Shown here: one piece after another, positions 50,201 through 61,900 of the stretch
How positions within the stretch are numbered: the first letter of the stretch is position 1
How the letters are laid out: each line of letters begins with the position of its first letter
Assembly: GCA_051294905.1 (NCBI GenBank)
Contig: CM119378.1
Location: 12,524,001-12,588,000 of the forward strand
DNA length: 64,000 bases
Reading direction: 5' to 3'
From: Botryllus schlosseri
Lineage: Eukaryota
The notes under the pieces: generated by a model
What the model was told of the DNA's origin: nothing
Seen by the model: the letters and a program-made list of their open reading frames with translations, nothing else
Databases searched by the model: none
Made by a program: the position numbers and the translations under genes

Positions 50201-53200
50201 ACAGGAACATTCGGCCCCAGTCATTTAGCCAATTAAACATCTATGTATAATGTATATTGTATATACATCGAAGTTTTGGTTCACCAGGAGGGCATTCCTT
50301 CTCGGCCAAGGTCTTCTCGCTACTGATCGTTCTGGCACACTTCTCGGAGTTGCATGTTACATGGCCTATAACTTCATATGCCTTGGTGCGTCGTAGCGCA
50401 GTAATGGCCGACGCCGAAGTCTCCATTTCTATAAATTCTACGTATTTTCATGGGGGAAGGGTTCCCAATAATCAGATATTCGGCAATATTAAATCGCGGC
50501 GGGTTGTGGTGAGGCAATTACGGTCCTGTTCCCCACTACCCAGCACTTTGTCATCACAGAGCAGCTATTTGCTGGTATACAAGACACACAACCACACCAG
50601 TACGCAAGACAATCGCCTATAACTGCATCATTAAACGTATTGTGAACTGATACCAGTAACGATCGAAATTTCGTGAAAGCGTTATCTCACGTCAAACTAG
50701 TCGTGCTGGATGCGTTTGTGACGCCATGATTGGCCATCCAGAGTTACAAATGAGGTTTTGTGAACAACACGCAAAATAATTTTCGATACATACATTCCAG
50801 AGCATTTAACTGGTAACGGTAATTGCGCATGTGTCTCCGTGAATATGTAGACTGTCCTCTAAATAATTTTGAACAAATGCGTCTATTCCCCACCAAAAAC
50901 CATTGAATTCCCCACCAGTGGGGAATTCCCCACCGTTTGGGAACCACTGTTCTACTTGAACTAAATTTTAAGTGTAAACATGACAAAGTTATGCTATAAA
51001 AAACTATCAAGTAAAAGTGAAAGTTGGGTAAAAGTACTTGAGTACCCCACAAGAGTTGAATTACTTCGTTACTGACCATATCTGTTCATAACCTCCATCC
51101 TAACGAGACCTCTCAGTTCTTTTCAAACCAAATTCAGCAATCTCAAAGACCAATCTTCGAAAAATACCAAATCGACAAAAAATCACACAACGCACTTGCA
51201 GCAGCTCGTCGATGGTGAGGAAGTCCTCGAATTTCGCATTCCTCCGATAACCCCACGAGACTTTGTCGATGGTCATCGCGTTCTCCCATTTCCTCGCCTG
51301 CAAGACCCCCGGATTGTACCGATCGCTGCACGTGTAGTATCCTCCGTGCTGGCAAGGCGTCAGCATGCCCCACCGATCGTTGGTGACGATGGTGTCCTGC
51401 GAGAGATACACACCATTTTTTTAGCTCTAATAACACATCTAAGAGGAATCATCTTTCCACCCAGCACATATTTAATATTGAAGAACTGATTTGTGTAATT
51501 TTTTTCAATTTTTTCCTAATCGTGTGCAGTGTGCAGCATAAATATATCACTCATTCCCTTTCCAATTCTACTACCGATAACAATGTGCATCATGCTTATT
51601 ATATATAAATATACAGGGCGGTGAACAAACTACTATTGTAACAATATATACAAATAAATGGGATGGGTCTTACATGCAAGTCAATAACATTTGATGATGT
51701 GTCTGTAGAAGGAGCCTATATTCTGCTTGCGTTACTTGGTAATTTTGAGCTTCAAATCATTGTACGATAATGTACTATGCAATCTAAACGCTTCGATACT
51801 AAATAGATTATGCCAAGTAATGATAGGGTTACCATATTTTGGAAGTCTGAAAAGAGGGCACTTTTTCGGACTCACAATACTGGAGTAAAATCCGGGAAAA
51901 ATAGTAAATTTTTCCTGGCTTTGCGGTTGGTTGCCTAAAAAAAAAAGGTCAACTTTGCGCTCAGCTCCCGAAATAGCCGCTGGAGCGTTACTTCAGTGCT
52001 GATTTACTGTATCTCAGTCGAATTTTACCCTGTATGTAACCAAAATTCGCAAAAAAGAGGACAGAATCTCAAAAAAGAGGACATTTGGGCGTCCTCCGAA
52101 GACACTTTCAAAAAATTCAAAAAACAGCACGTATGGCAGGGGCGGGCAACATATGGCCCGCGGGATTTTGTGTGGCCCGCCGACAGTTTACGGTCTTACG
52201 TGATGGTGTGGCCCGCGTCGCCGTCTACAGGCAATTAGGCGCAAACATTTTCGATCATGAACATTAGCAAGGCAAAGCGACGTTCCAATACAACTGATGT
52301 TCATCGCATTGACAGGGCCAGGGGCGAATGGGGCCATGCCATTCCCACTTTTTTTCGAAAATATTAGTAATATCTGTAAATAGTGGAATATTTTCGAGTA
52401 GATGGATTCAAACTAAAAAAAATTCGCATCTTCGCGCGATTTAGTGTCTCCACGTACGTGTCTTGATTACGAGAATACAGTATCATAGATAGCCTACACT
52501 ATAATAGCCTGAGGCCGTTGGGTTGCAGGAGTTTTCAACAACGTAATTAATAAAAATGAACCCGCTCGAGGTGAATAATCTGCGATAAGCTCAATTCACT
52601 CTGATTTTTTTATCACATTCATATCACCGATCGGGCGCCCAATCCAGATATATTTCGCAATTGCAGGAATGTGTGCGTCTCTGAATTGTATGTACAAAGG
52701 ATAGTGCCGTGTATGATGGACGGATATGTGGCTCTTTCCCACGGGAGGAGTTCCCCTAAAATCACACAAAAAAAATCAGGAATTCGGCCCGCCTTATGTT
52801 CATGTTGCCCAGTCCGGCCCGCCAGATGGAGAAGTTGCCCGCCCCTGACGTATGGTAACCCTGAGTAATGGTAACTTAAGAATAGAATTGTACAATCTAG
52901 AATCTAGATGCTGTTAACATGAGCAAATATATAATTTGCTAATACCGATTCGAAAGCATATATGTGACAGGAATGCGAAATATCATACAAAACTGTTTGA
53001 TACCCGTACATTTGAGTTCTGGACAAATGCAATAAATCAAACAGCACTGTCGGGATGATTTTATATTGGAAAATGAACTCCCACCGACAAATTAAATCAA
53101 TGATATGCATTAGTAACAGACCTATTCAAAAATGAAATTTATTGAAAAAACAGTACCTTGACCGGACTATCATTGTATAACCAAGCGAGAAACTCCGTGC

Positions 53201-54814
53201 TTTGCCAGTATTTGTAACTGGCTTCCCACTGTCCGTCAGACCAAATCACCTCGGGCCTGTACCGGTGCACTAAGTCGTACAATTCAGGCATGGTCTTCTG
53301 CCTGAGAAAAACGACGAGTCAAAAGTAATCAGCGCGAAACTGCACGAGACTGATCGACTCACGTCACAAAGTCGTTGGTATGAAAAATATTGTCTCTGTC
53401 TCTTACGAAGAGCGGGTTGAACCATTCGAAAAGCGAATGATAAATGCCGAAACGGATGTCGGTCTTATTTCGAATCGCGTCGGCCAGTTCTCCGACGAGA
53501 TCGCGTTTGGGACCCACGTCTAGAGAGTTCCAGTTCCAGGAAGACGCGGACGGCCAGTTTGTGTACCCTTCGTGATGCTTACTGGTCAGCACCACGTATT
53601 TCGCACCAGATATCTGAATCGGAAGCAAAATTTATGATACTACATTAAATGAAGACAGCATTTCAGAGAGATATAAAATGGTGCTTGCTAACTTAAATAA
53701 ATGATTCAAATGAATCAATGAAGCGAAAACACACACCGCTCTCGATACGAGTGACGTGAAGAAGTACAAATTCAGAATATTCGGAATTTTTTTTCTTCGA
53801 TTTGGATATTTTGCATTCATCAAAGCATTACTATCAATAAGAGAAAAGTTTTGAGCTCAGCTTTGGATCTGGCTACCGTTTTGGCCGATTTGATAGGATA
53901 AGAAATTGAAGCTGTTCAGAACACTTTGGAATAGCACCTTTTATAGACAGCCCATCATGCATATTATCAAATAGATCAAATTATTGACTGCAAAAATGAG
54001 AATCTTATTAAAATTACTGAAAGATGAGAGATGTCACACATGTAGCCAGTGGCAATCCCGAAATATCTGGAATTTAGTAGTGATAATTAATAACAATGTG
54101 TCCGCTCCCACATTTTCGCTGGGTGAATAAGGAAGGGCAACGTAGTACACATATCAATACCATTACGCAAATCATGGAATCAATCTGGGCCGAGGCATAC
54201 AAATGTCATTTTAGACCGAACTTACACGTATGCGAACCTAAATCTCAACCATTGCTGAAACACCGTAGTGGCACAAATTGTATCACCTTGAACAGCTCGG
54301 CCCACTTGGCGGGATCGAAAAATTCCGCGGTAAACTGTGGCGCGAAATCCGAGTATTGAAACCCGGGCGGGTAGTTCTTCTTCATAAACTCGCCGTAGTC
54401 GGTGATGTTCAACCCTTCCCAATTCCACCAAAACCATTCGTTGCCGTAACTGGGTACCGAGAACACGCCCCAGTGGATGAATATCCCTAGCTTGGCTTCG
54501 TCGTACCTGTATATACAGTAAAACCATAAAATCTATAAGATTTTGAATGGTTCACTATTATGACAGTCGATATGTGACTAACTGTGAAATCAGAACAGAA
54601 GTGTTGGGTATAACTGTACTGAATATGAATGGGTTTAAATAGGTGAAAATAGCACCAAAAGAAGCAAATATTTATATGCAGTGGTAACACACGACTGCCT
54701 CTGAGTAAATACATACCATGTGGGAAGGGGCCTTGCATCGAGTGACTCCCAATTGGGCTCATACCGTCCATAAGAAGTACCAACCAACAATGATATCAAC
54801 CAAAATATCTTCAT
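44283..54814 (-). CDS. FUCA: Alpha-L-fucosidase (GH29), complete, 7 exons, 448 aa (copy A)
   Basis: Exons: 54814-54717 (signal peptide [16 protein letters not shown], then [15 protein letters not shown]), 54506-54287 ([15 protein letters not shown]), 53613-53363 ([14 protein letters not shown]), 53301-53157 (IWSDG nucleophile), 51396-51196 ([14 protein letters not shown]), 49285-49095 ([10 protein letters not shown]), 44523-44283. Total 1347 nt, phases compatible. Confidence 0.95.
45226..48960 (-). mobile_element. Full-length but inactivated Buster/Charlie (ZBED5/SCAND3-like) hAT transposon, 3735 bp, in FUCA-A intron 6
   Basis: TIRs CAGTGGTTCTCAACC / GGTTGAGAACCACTG; TSD ACGTATGA/ATGTATGA. 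The transposase is split by three frameshifts: 48016-47756 (BED finger CLVC...KPSKLTRH), 47731-47219 (QLDESTD), 47234-46734 ([16 protein letters not shown]), 46703-46194 (TYLSEKSFS). Confidence 0.95.
49614..50949. mobile_element. Buster-type hAT element, 1336 bp, in FUCA-A intron 5
   Basis: TIRs CAGTGGTTCCCAA / TTGGGAACCACTG; exact TSD TTCTACTT; core ~49880-50430 is homologous to ~42590-43140. Confidence 0.92.
51824..52863. mobile_element. hAT MITE (GAGGAC family) with another element inserted next to its right TIR
   Basis: Ends TAGGGTTACCATA / TATGGTAACCCTG; TSD AGTAATGA/AGTAATGG. Confidence 0.82.
52137..52847. mobile_element. Buster-type MITE, 711 bp, nested in 51824-52863
   Basis: TIRs CAGGGGCGGGCAAC / GTTGCCCGCCCCTG; exact TSD ACGTATGG. 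Confidence 0.92.
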
Positions 54815-55970
54815 ATCTATGCAGATAAAACATGCATGACAATGGATGTTAAATTGTTCACGTACAGAAATTGAAATAACGCGGTTTACCTTCAGTTACG
54901 AAGACGTGACAGTGCTTGAGAAGACCATAAAATAGTAGTTTACACTATGGCCCTGCCCAAAAAGAATACATACAGTTATAATACTGTCACCAAAAATAGC
55001 ATAGCGTCAGTCTACAACGTACGGTTCACATGTACCAAGCAAGATTGCACAGAGTTATGAACAAGGTAAATGCATCGAGAGTAAATTCACGGCAATTTTG
55101 TCATCAAGGAATGCATTACAGAATATACAATATATATTGCAATTTACAGAGAGAGAGAGAGATTGTCTGATACAACAATTGAGTACAAAATAGAATCCAA
55201 AATGATTATACCAGGACAACATATTCATGACCCGTTCTTATCCAAACATATCGAGTGCTTCTTGGGAAATTTCATTGGTAGCAAATAGATGGCAAGAGTA
55301 ACTGGCAATGCTAATAAAAATATGATATATTGCCATAATATTGATAGAGACACGAGCAGGCAAGCATGGTACTTCTAAAAAATACTGCAAATAATATAAT
55401 AAATTGTAGGAGTGCAACGAAAATACGGATAACACTTTCAAAGCTCAATAGGGCTCAGCACAAACGTCGGAGACGAGTATTGATTGAAATTGAGATAAGA
55501 GTTACGGTCTTATAAATTGTGCTACCACTGAGTATGCATCGTTTTAACATGAGTATTTCTAGAACTTATAACATGAAGGTCAATGTATGACTTGATTAGT
55601 GGCTGGACCAAGTTATTTTGACTCTTTTTCATTATAAAGCAAAGTATCGGCAGTTTGAATTGACGAAATATTAATAAAACGAATGGGCAGTGCTGGAACA
55701 TTGTCACAAGAGGCTATATTCTAAGTGCGCGATGCCCACGGCACACGTATCGTTTGAGAAAAGTGAAACAGACACGATTGTCAGGCGGTCACGGAGCAAA
55801 TAGAAAATTGAAAGGCACGGAGATTTTTCGTTAATCGATATCATTCAAATTCTCAATTCAAAGGTCAACTACCAAGTCAGATTGAATATTCAATGTATTC
55901 TCAGTTGCCCAGCCCTTGAGAGCGGATGAAAATTGTAAATGTCCCCAGATTTATACCGACGAGTGTCGCT

Positions 55971-58900
55971 TCACTGAAATCCTTCGAGCTTCAAAACCCA
56001 CACCCACTGGTTTGGCAATTCCGGCGGCAAGACGCTCCGCAATTCCACGCTGATACCTGTCGGGTGCGTTTTCCCCCAATGAAGGGAAATCGAGGTTCCA
56101 AGTAGCGTGACACGAGCGTCGGCTGCTTTCATGGTGGGCGAGCCCAAATGCAGATATCCCGAATCTGGCCAGGTGGAGAAAAATGCATAGGCCGTGTCTC
56201 CTTTCGAGGTGTACCTGGAACGAGTTTTCTGCGATGAAACGTTGCTGGAGCCTTTCGAAATTAGGAATCGGATTGGTGGCATCAGCTTTCGACATGGATT
56301 ATTAGTCGGTGGTCAGGCACATAACGATTACAGTATGATATGGACTCGAGACTGATACTGGTCAGAAGTACAGGAAACAAGATTTGTAAATCGCAATGTG
56401 TCTTCAACAATGGTTCACAGCACAGAATTGGATCAATTGTAATTTGTAATTGGGCTGAATGTAATTAATTACATTTTTCCATGTAATATATATTGTAATT
56501 GAAGCATTTCTATTTTGTGTAATTGTAATTGTAATTTGATTAAAATTTTACTCAATTACAATTTCAATGACATTGTTATGGAAACCTGACAATCACAACA
56601 TAAAATAATCAATCAATCAATCATTTATTCGTCACACCAGTGAAAATCTGGTACGGACCAGGATGACGAGGGGCCGCAATGCCTTAAGGCCTTAGTACAC
56701 AGTCGTCACCTGTAATAATTAGCCTATTTAAATTGGTGTTCTATACGTGCCGCGTTATCACTAGATCATTCAGCCGTGCTAAACTGTTTCCCATACTTCA
56801 GTAGCAACAGAAAACTTTGTGAATTACAATACAGGCTAAACCAGTGGTTCTCAAACTGGGGGGCGTGAAAGCATCTGAAGTGGGGCGCGAAGCTCCGGTA
56901 AACTGAAATTTTTTCCGCGCTATACGCAATTCACCTCCATTTTATAGTTATTGCTCTGTGTATATTCCGAATTTCATATTGGAGAAATCTCTCATCAACA
57001 GTCATAACCTTCCATACCATCAAACTATCTGTAAGGATTGCTAACATTCTGGTTTCATTGCGTGATATGACGATAAGGGGGGCACGAAATATTTCACTGT
57101 TATAAAGAGGGGCGTGTCTAAAAAAGTTAAAGAACCAGTGGGCTAAACTAAATCTTAATATTTCAAAAATGAATGAACAGCAAATAACCTCTTCTGAAAC
57201 CTGTGCTGAACCATTTCCTACACCACGAGTTTTATTTAAATCTCTGACCAGTACCGAAGCTTGCTGCAACAATTGCAAAAAGAAATTCAAGTTTCCAACC
57301 AAGGCTTTATCAAACTTGATCACGCAATCTTGGCCAAATTTACTTGGGCCAGAAACTTTTCGCACCCTAATGTTCATCAAATGCAATCCAACAGTTTCCG
57401 AGCAAGTGAAAATGTAAATGTGAACCAAAATGTTGTAATTCGTAGTTATCAGGAGGTTCTTTCCTTTTGCATTTATTTTAATTTTACACACCTTATCGCC
57501 ATCGATATTATCCTTATCGCTGACGCCTTACCAATTACATTTCATTATCCTCACTCAGCTTTGAGTAGCCTGTTCATTTGATTGCATTTCATCAACTGTC
57601 CAGCAGCCTATTCGCTGTTAGTCGCTCAAATTTTTGGTTGTTAAGAGTTGCTTGAAACATTTTTCTGTGTTGTAGTTTTCAGTACTCATGATTAGTAATA
57701 GTTCGAATACGTTCGAGTTATTTTTTTATCAAAGGGTATTCTATTTATAATGAATGAAACATGAATAGCTTGAGATTGTTGCTAATTACGTCGCTACGGT
57801 TGTCTAAGAACACCTCTCTACTGAGTCAATTGCATGTTTAACAGTAATTGTAATAATTATTACATGTGTAACAGTAATTGTAATTGTAATTTGATATTTT
57901 TAGCATTGAGTAATTGTAATTGTAATGTAATTGAAACACGCAAGGGAGTAATTGTAATTGAACTGAATTATTGTAATTGATCCAACTCTGGTTCACAGAG
58001 CATTTTTTCGTAGCTATGTCCCGGTGCAGGGAGTCTGAAGAGTGTCTACACCAGGCTCGGGAACCTCTTTTGCTCTGCCGACTGGTTTCAAAATGAATTT
58101 TTTGTGTGTGTATGGGTCTTAAAAAAAACACTAATGTTCAGCGTTGATAATTTATCGCAGCTCATGTAGCTGTAGCCTACTAACGGTGGCCATAAGGCAG
58201 TAACAACACACTTATTCCGACGAAAAAGATAACTTGTGTTTTTAATTTGGATCAGTGATATTAATCACTAAAATTCTGATCCTTTATGTACATACAAACT
58301 TTCCATTGAGCAGTGACGAACTCCCCATACACCACTGCTCTACACGATAATAGCGACCATCACGAAATTGCGTGAAAACCTGTCTGTACAAAGTAGATTT
58401 GGATTTCAATTGCAACAGGGGTTCCTTGCAATCTGTCTAATTGGACTAGCTTGGGATAGAAAGAGAGAGAAAGGTGATTTACGCAGCTGTGCTTTTCAAC
58501 CGGGCCGACTCAAGATACTCAGCATCGATGTTATGTACAACGGCTGGACCAGGGTGTATAACTTTTGTATAAACGTTAAAAGGGTGTGCCAAAACGTTTG
58601 ACAAGCACTGTTATAGAGTGCTCAAAATTTAATTAAAATGACAACTGCAGAAAAATTGATAGATACCGCGTCAACAAAACTATAGGCTTGGATCCACGTG
58701 TGTCACTCGTGCAACAACAGTTATCATATTAAAATGAGAAAATATGTCTGTAACGGAACTCTTACCATACGCCTTTCGTCACGGAGTCATTTTGATGAGT
58801 CCACGGTTCGGACGCATAGACGGCTTCCCCCACCACGCTAAGCCATTCGCCCATTTGCAAAAGCCTTTCCTGGTAAATGGCAGGGATGGTGCCTTCCTTG

Positions 58901-61900
58901 GTGGGTCCGACGTTCATCAACATATTACCGCCACAGCTGATTGTTTCCACGAACGTCTAAATATCCGGGGTCAGGTGTCACAGCAATGTAAGACTACATG
59001 TCAAACGAATATCAGAAATATTACTACCGGTAAATGATATTGCAAGATGTGTCTGCACGACTAATGCAAAATGACTAATCGACTACATCTATGTGCAATC
59101 TATTTCCGTTGGTTATCAGGACAATTTCACTCATAATAGCGATGCAAACTAATCACAAAACTAGTTTCCCTTGAAAATATAAAAAGTAGGCAGTTTTGGG
59201 AGGTCATCTTCAAACAAATCCACTCCAGTTGCAAAAGGGCAAAAATTACTTGAGTACTGCAATAAAGCAACTTTGTTACTGACCACCTTTGGCGAAAAAG
59301 CAATATAAGCCAAATCCTGGAATAATCGAACGTTATGTACCACTGACGTGGTTGAATAGCAAATGCAAGCGCAGTCCACTCTGAAACAACAACACACAGC
59401 AACAATTGCTATACCTGAATCAGCTCTTTGATGGTGAGGTACGCAGAGAGGCCGACGTTACGACGAAATCCCCACGAAAGCTTGTCAATAGTCATGGCGT
59501 TCTCCCACTTTCGCTTCTGCAACGTGCCCGGGTCGTAGCGGTCCGAGCATGTCAGAAACCCACCGTGCTTGCATGTGACATCCTTGCCCCAACGATCATT
59601 CGTCACGACGGTGTCCTGAATTATTTAAATTGTTACGAATCCCCAGGGTTAATACTTTCTTAGTACAGAATATCACCATAAACCAGAGGTCTCAAACACG
59701 CGGCCCGCGGGCCGCATGCGGCCCGCCAGAGCATTTTGTGCGGCCCGCGACGGCATTTTGAAATTTCAAGTAATCAACAATATATTTAAGTGCCATATAT
59801 CTTTTTTAGATATAAGAACTTGAAGTTCACGCAAAAACTACTATAAAAATCACCGAAATCCCAACAAACATCACTATCACATCACTTTTAAAAGCTACCA
59901 TGCGGTAGAAGATCAGCTATTACGTCACATTTCTAGTTCATGATGATAAAACATGACCCGTTGATGATTCGCGACTGAAAATTGTGATTTGGTTTGGTGC
60001 GACCTTCTCGTAAAATCACTTGATTTCGGGTTGCCTCGGTGATTAAAAACATGACTCGAGTTGAGTCTGGTCAAACGCTGAAATCGGAGAAGGACTTGCG
60101 ACTCGGAATGGTGACTTGGTAATCCTACGGACGCATAAATCTATGCAACTTTCATGGGGAATAGTAATATATCAAAAGGTCGTAGCTTGCGTTGCGTAGG
60201 GTATATATATTTAATCTGGTAAGTATTGCAACCATGGGTATTCTGTTACCCCCCGTGACGTAAATAGTTGGTTACATGATGCATGTTTTTTTTCTCATCA
60301 TCCATGTTATTATCGGTGACGAGTAAGGTGGTAGTACGCTCTACAGCAGTAACACCAACGAATTCTTCGTCGATTAGACATTTCTATTCGAGTGGTTCTT
60401 AACCAGGGTCCGTAGACCCCATGGGGGTATGAAGCACCACATCAGGGAGTAAGAGATGCTTTGTAGAATTTGTATACCGATATGCTGTGGAATATTTTCT
60501 TGGCTAATTTATTCGACTAGAAAATAATCTTCGCGCTTCGCGCGATTTTGTGAATGGGCTTTCTGATTTAGATTGGTACCATCAGAAATTGTGTTGAAAA
60601 TGGACAGGGGCTACGAGAAATCTTATTGGAAGCACAAGAGGTACACGATCACTAAAAAGTTTATGAAGCATTTGCTATTACTATGGCTCAATGAGTGTAG
60701 TATTTAGGGTGTTTACGACGATATCAAAACCATAGGATTAGGCTACATCGCTCAAAAGCTCTGATATCAGATCAATCATCAATAGATTTTAAAATAGACT
60801 ACATAAAGTTGTTGTTGTCATAGGTCCACTAGTTGCAATATTATAACCCGACAGTTTTACGATGTCATGATGCATCCTCTCACATGATGTCTATACCTCG
60901 TTAATTAAAAAATTCTGCCCGGCACAAAAACAATTTTATTCAAATATTTGAAAATGTGATTTTTTTTCCGTGTCAAGCGTTAATAGTACAATAGTAAATT
61001 GCATTTCCACGATGTTTGTGGAATGCCTGTCTGCAAGATCCCGTCAAATAAGGCCAATAAAAACCCCTATCATTGATGCTGCGGCCCGCGGCGTCATCAA
61101 AACTAGGAAATTGGCCCGCGAGCACATTTGAGTTTGAGACCTCTGCCATAAACATTGTATGTATATTTTGTTCGTATTTACATGCTGACACATTCTAGAC
61201 CAGAAGTTGTCAATAAAGTCGATATCGCCCCCTTGTGGGCAATTTTGAGACACATAAGGGCAAAAAAGGGGCGATTAGTGGCACCAAAAGTATATAGGAT
61301 GTGATAGGGGGAGAAATTGTTACAATGTTCAATCAACTATATTTTATTGCCAGGCTAGCTTCTTGCTAGGTTCAATTTATAATCAACGGATGTTCATAGC
61401 AAAGCATCTCAATACCTGGCTCATCCCAGCTTGTTAAAAGTGAAAAAGGATCAAATCAGGGAACGTGTTTACTGGTTCTCTCAACTTCGTAGGAAAGGAC
61501 GTAGTCAATTTTTGCCCTATATGTTTTGGAGCATATACACCGACTCATGATATACACACACACGATCTGAGCATATGCATACCGTGAGTGCATGATATGC
61601 GGAGGCATCTAGACAAGGAAGGTACAGCCTTTAACGGCTTTCCAAGTCTTGCACCACTCCTCCATGCTATCCCGGTAATGCATGAGCGGCAAGCAGGGAA
61701 GTCAATGATACCTGTGTTACTAATCAGGACTTTGGTCTGACCCGGCCTGGGATGGGCGCTCCACCATTACGCTATCTTGTCGCAATCATTCGTACCAATG
61801 CGTCATTAAAGTGCATCCTAAATCTAACTTTCACTAGGCAATATTTAGCACGCAACAATTATTATTACCAAATTTTGGTGTCATAACTAGAGCCCGACCG

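Noticed and set aside
55951-56295. 114-aa [12 protein letters not shown]... as a separate protein
   Set aside because: Alternative frame overlapping the last FUCA-B exon.
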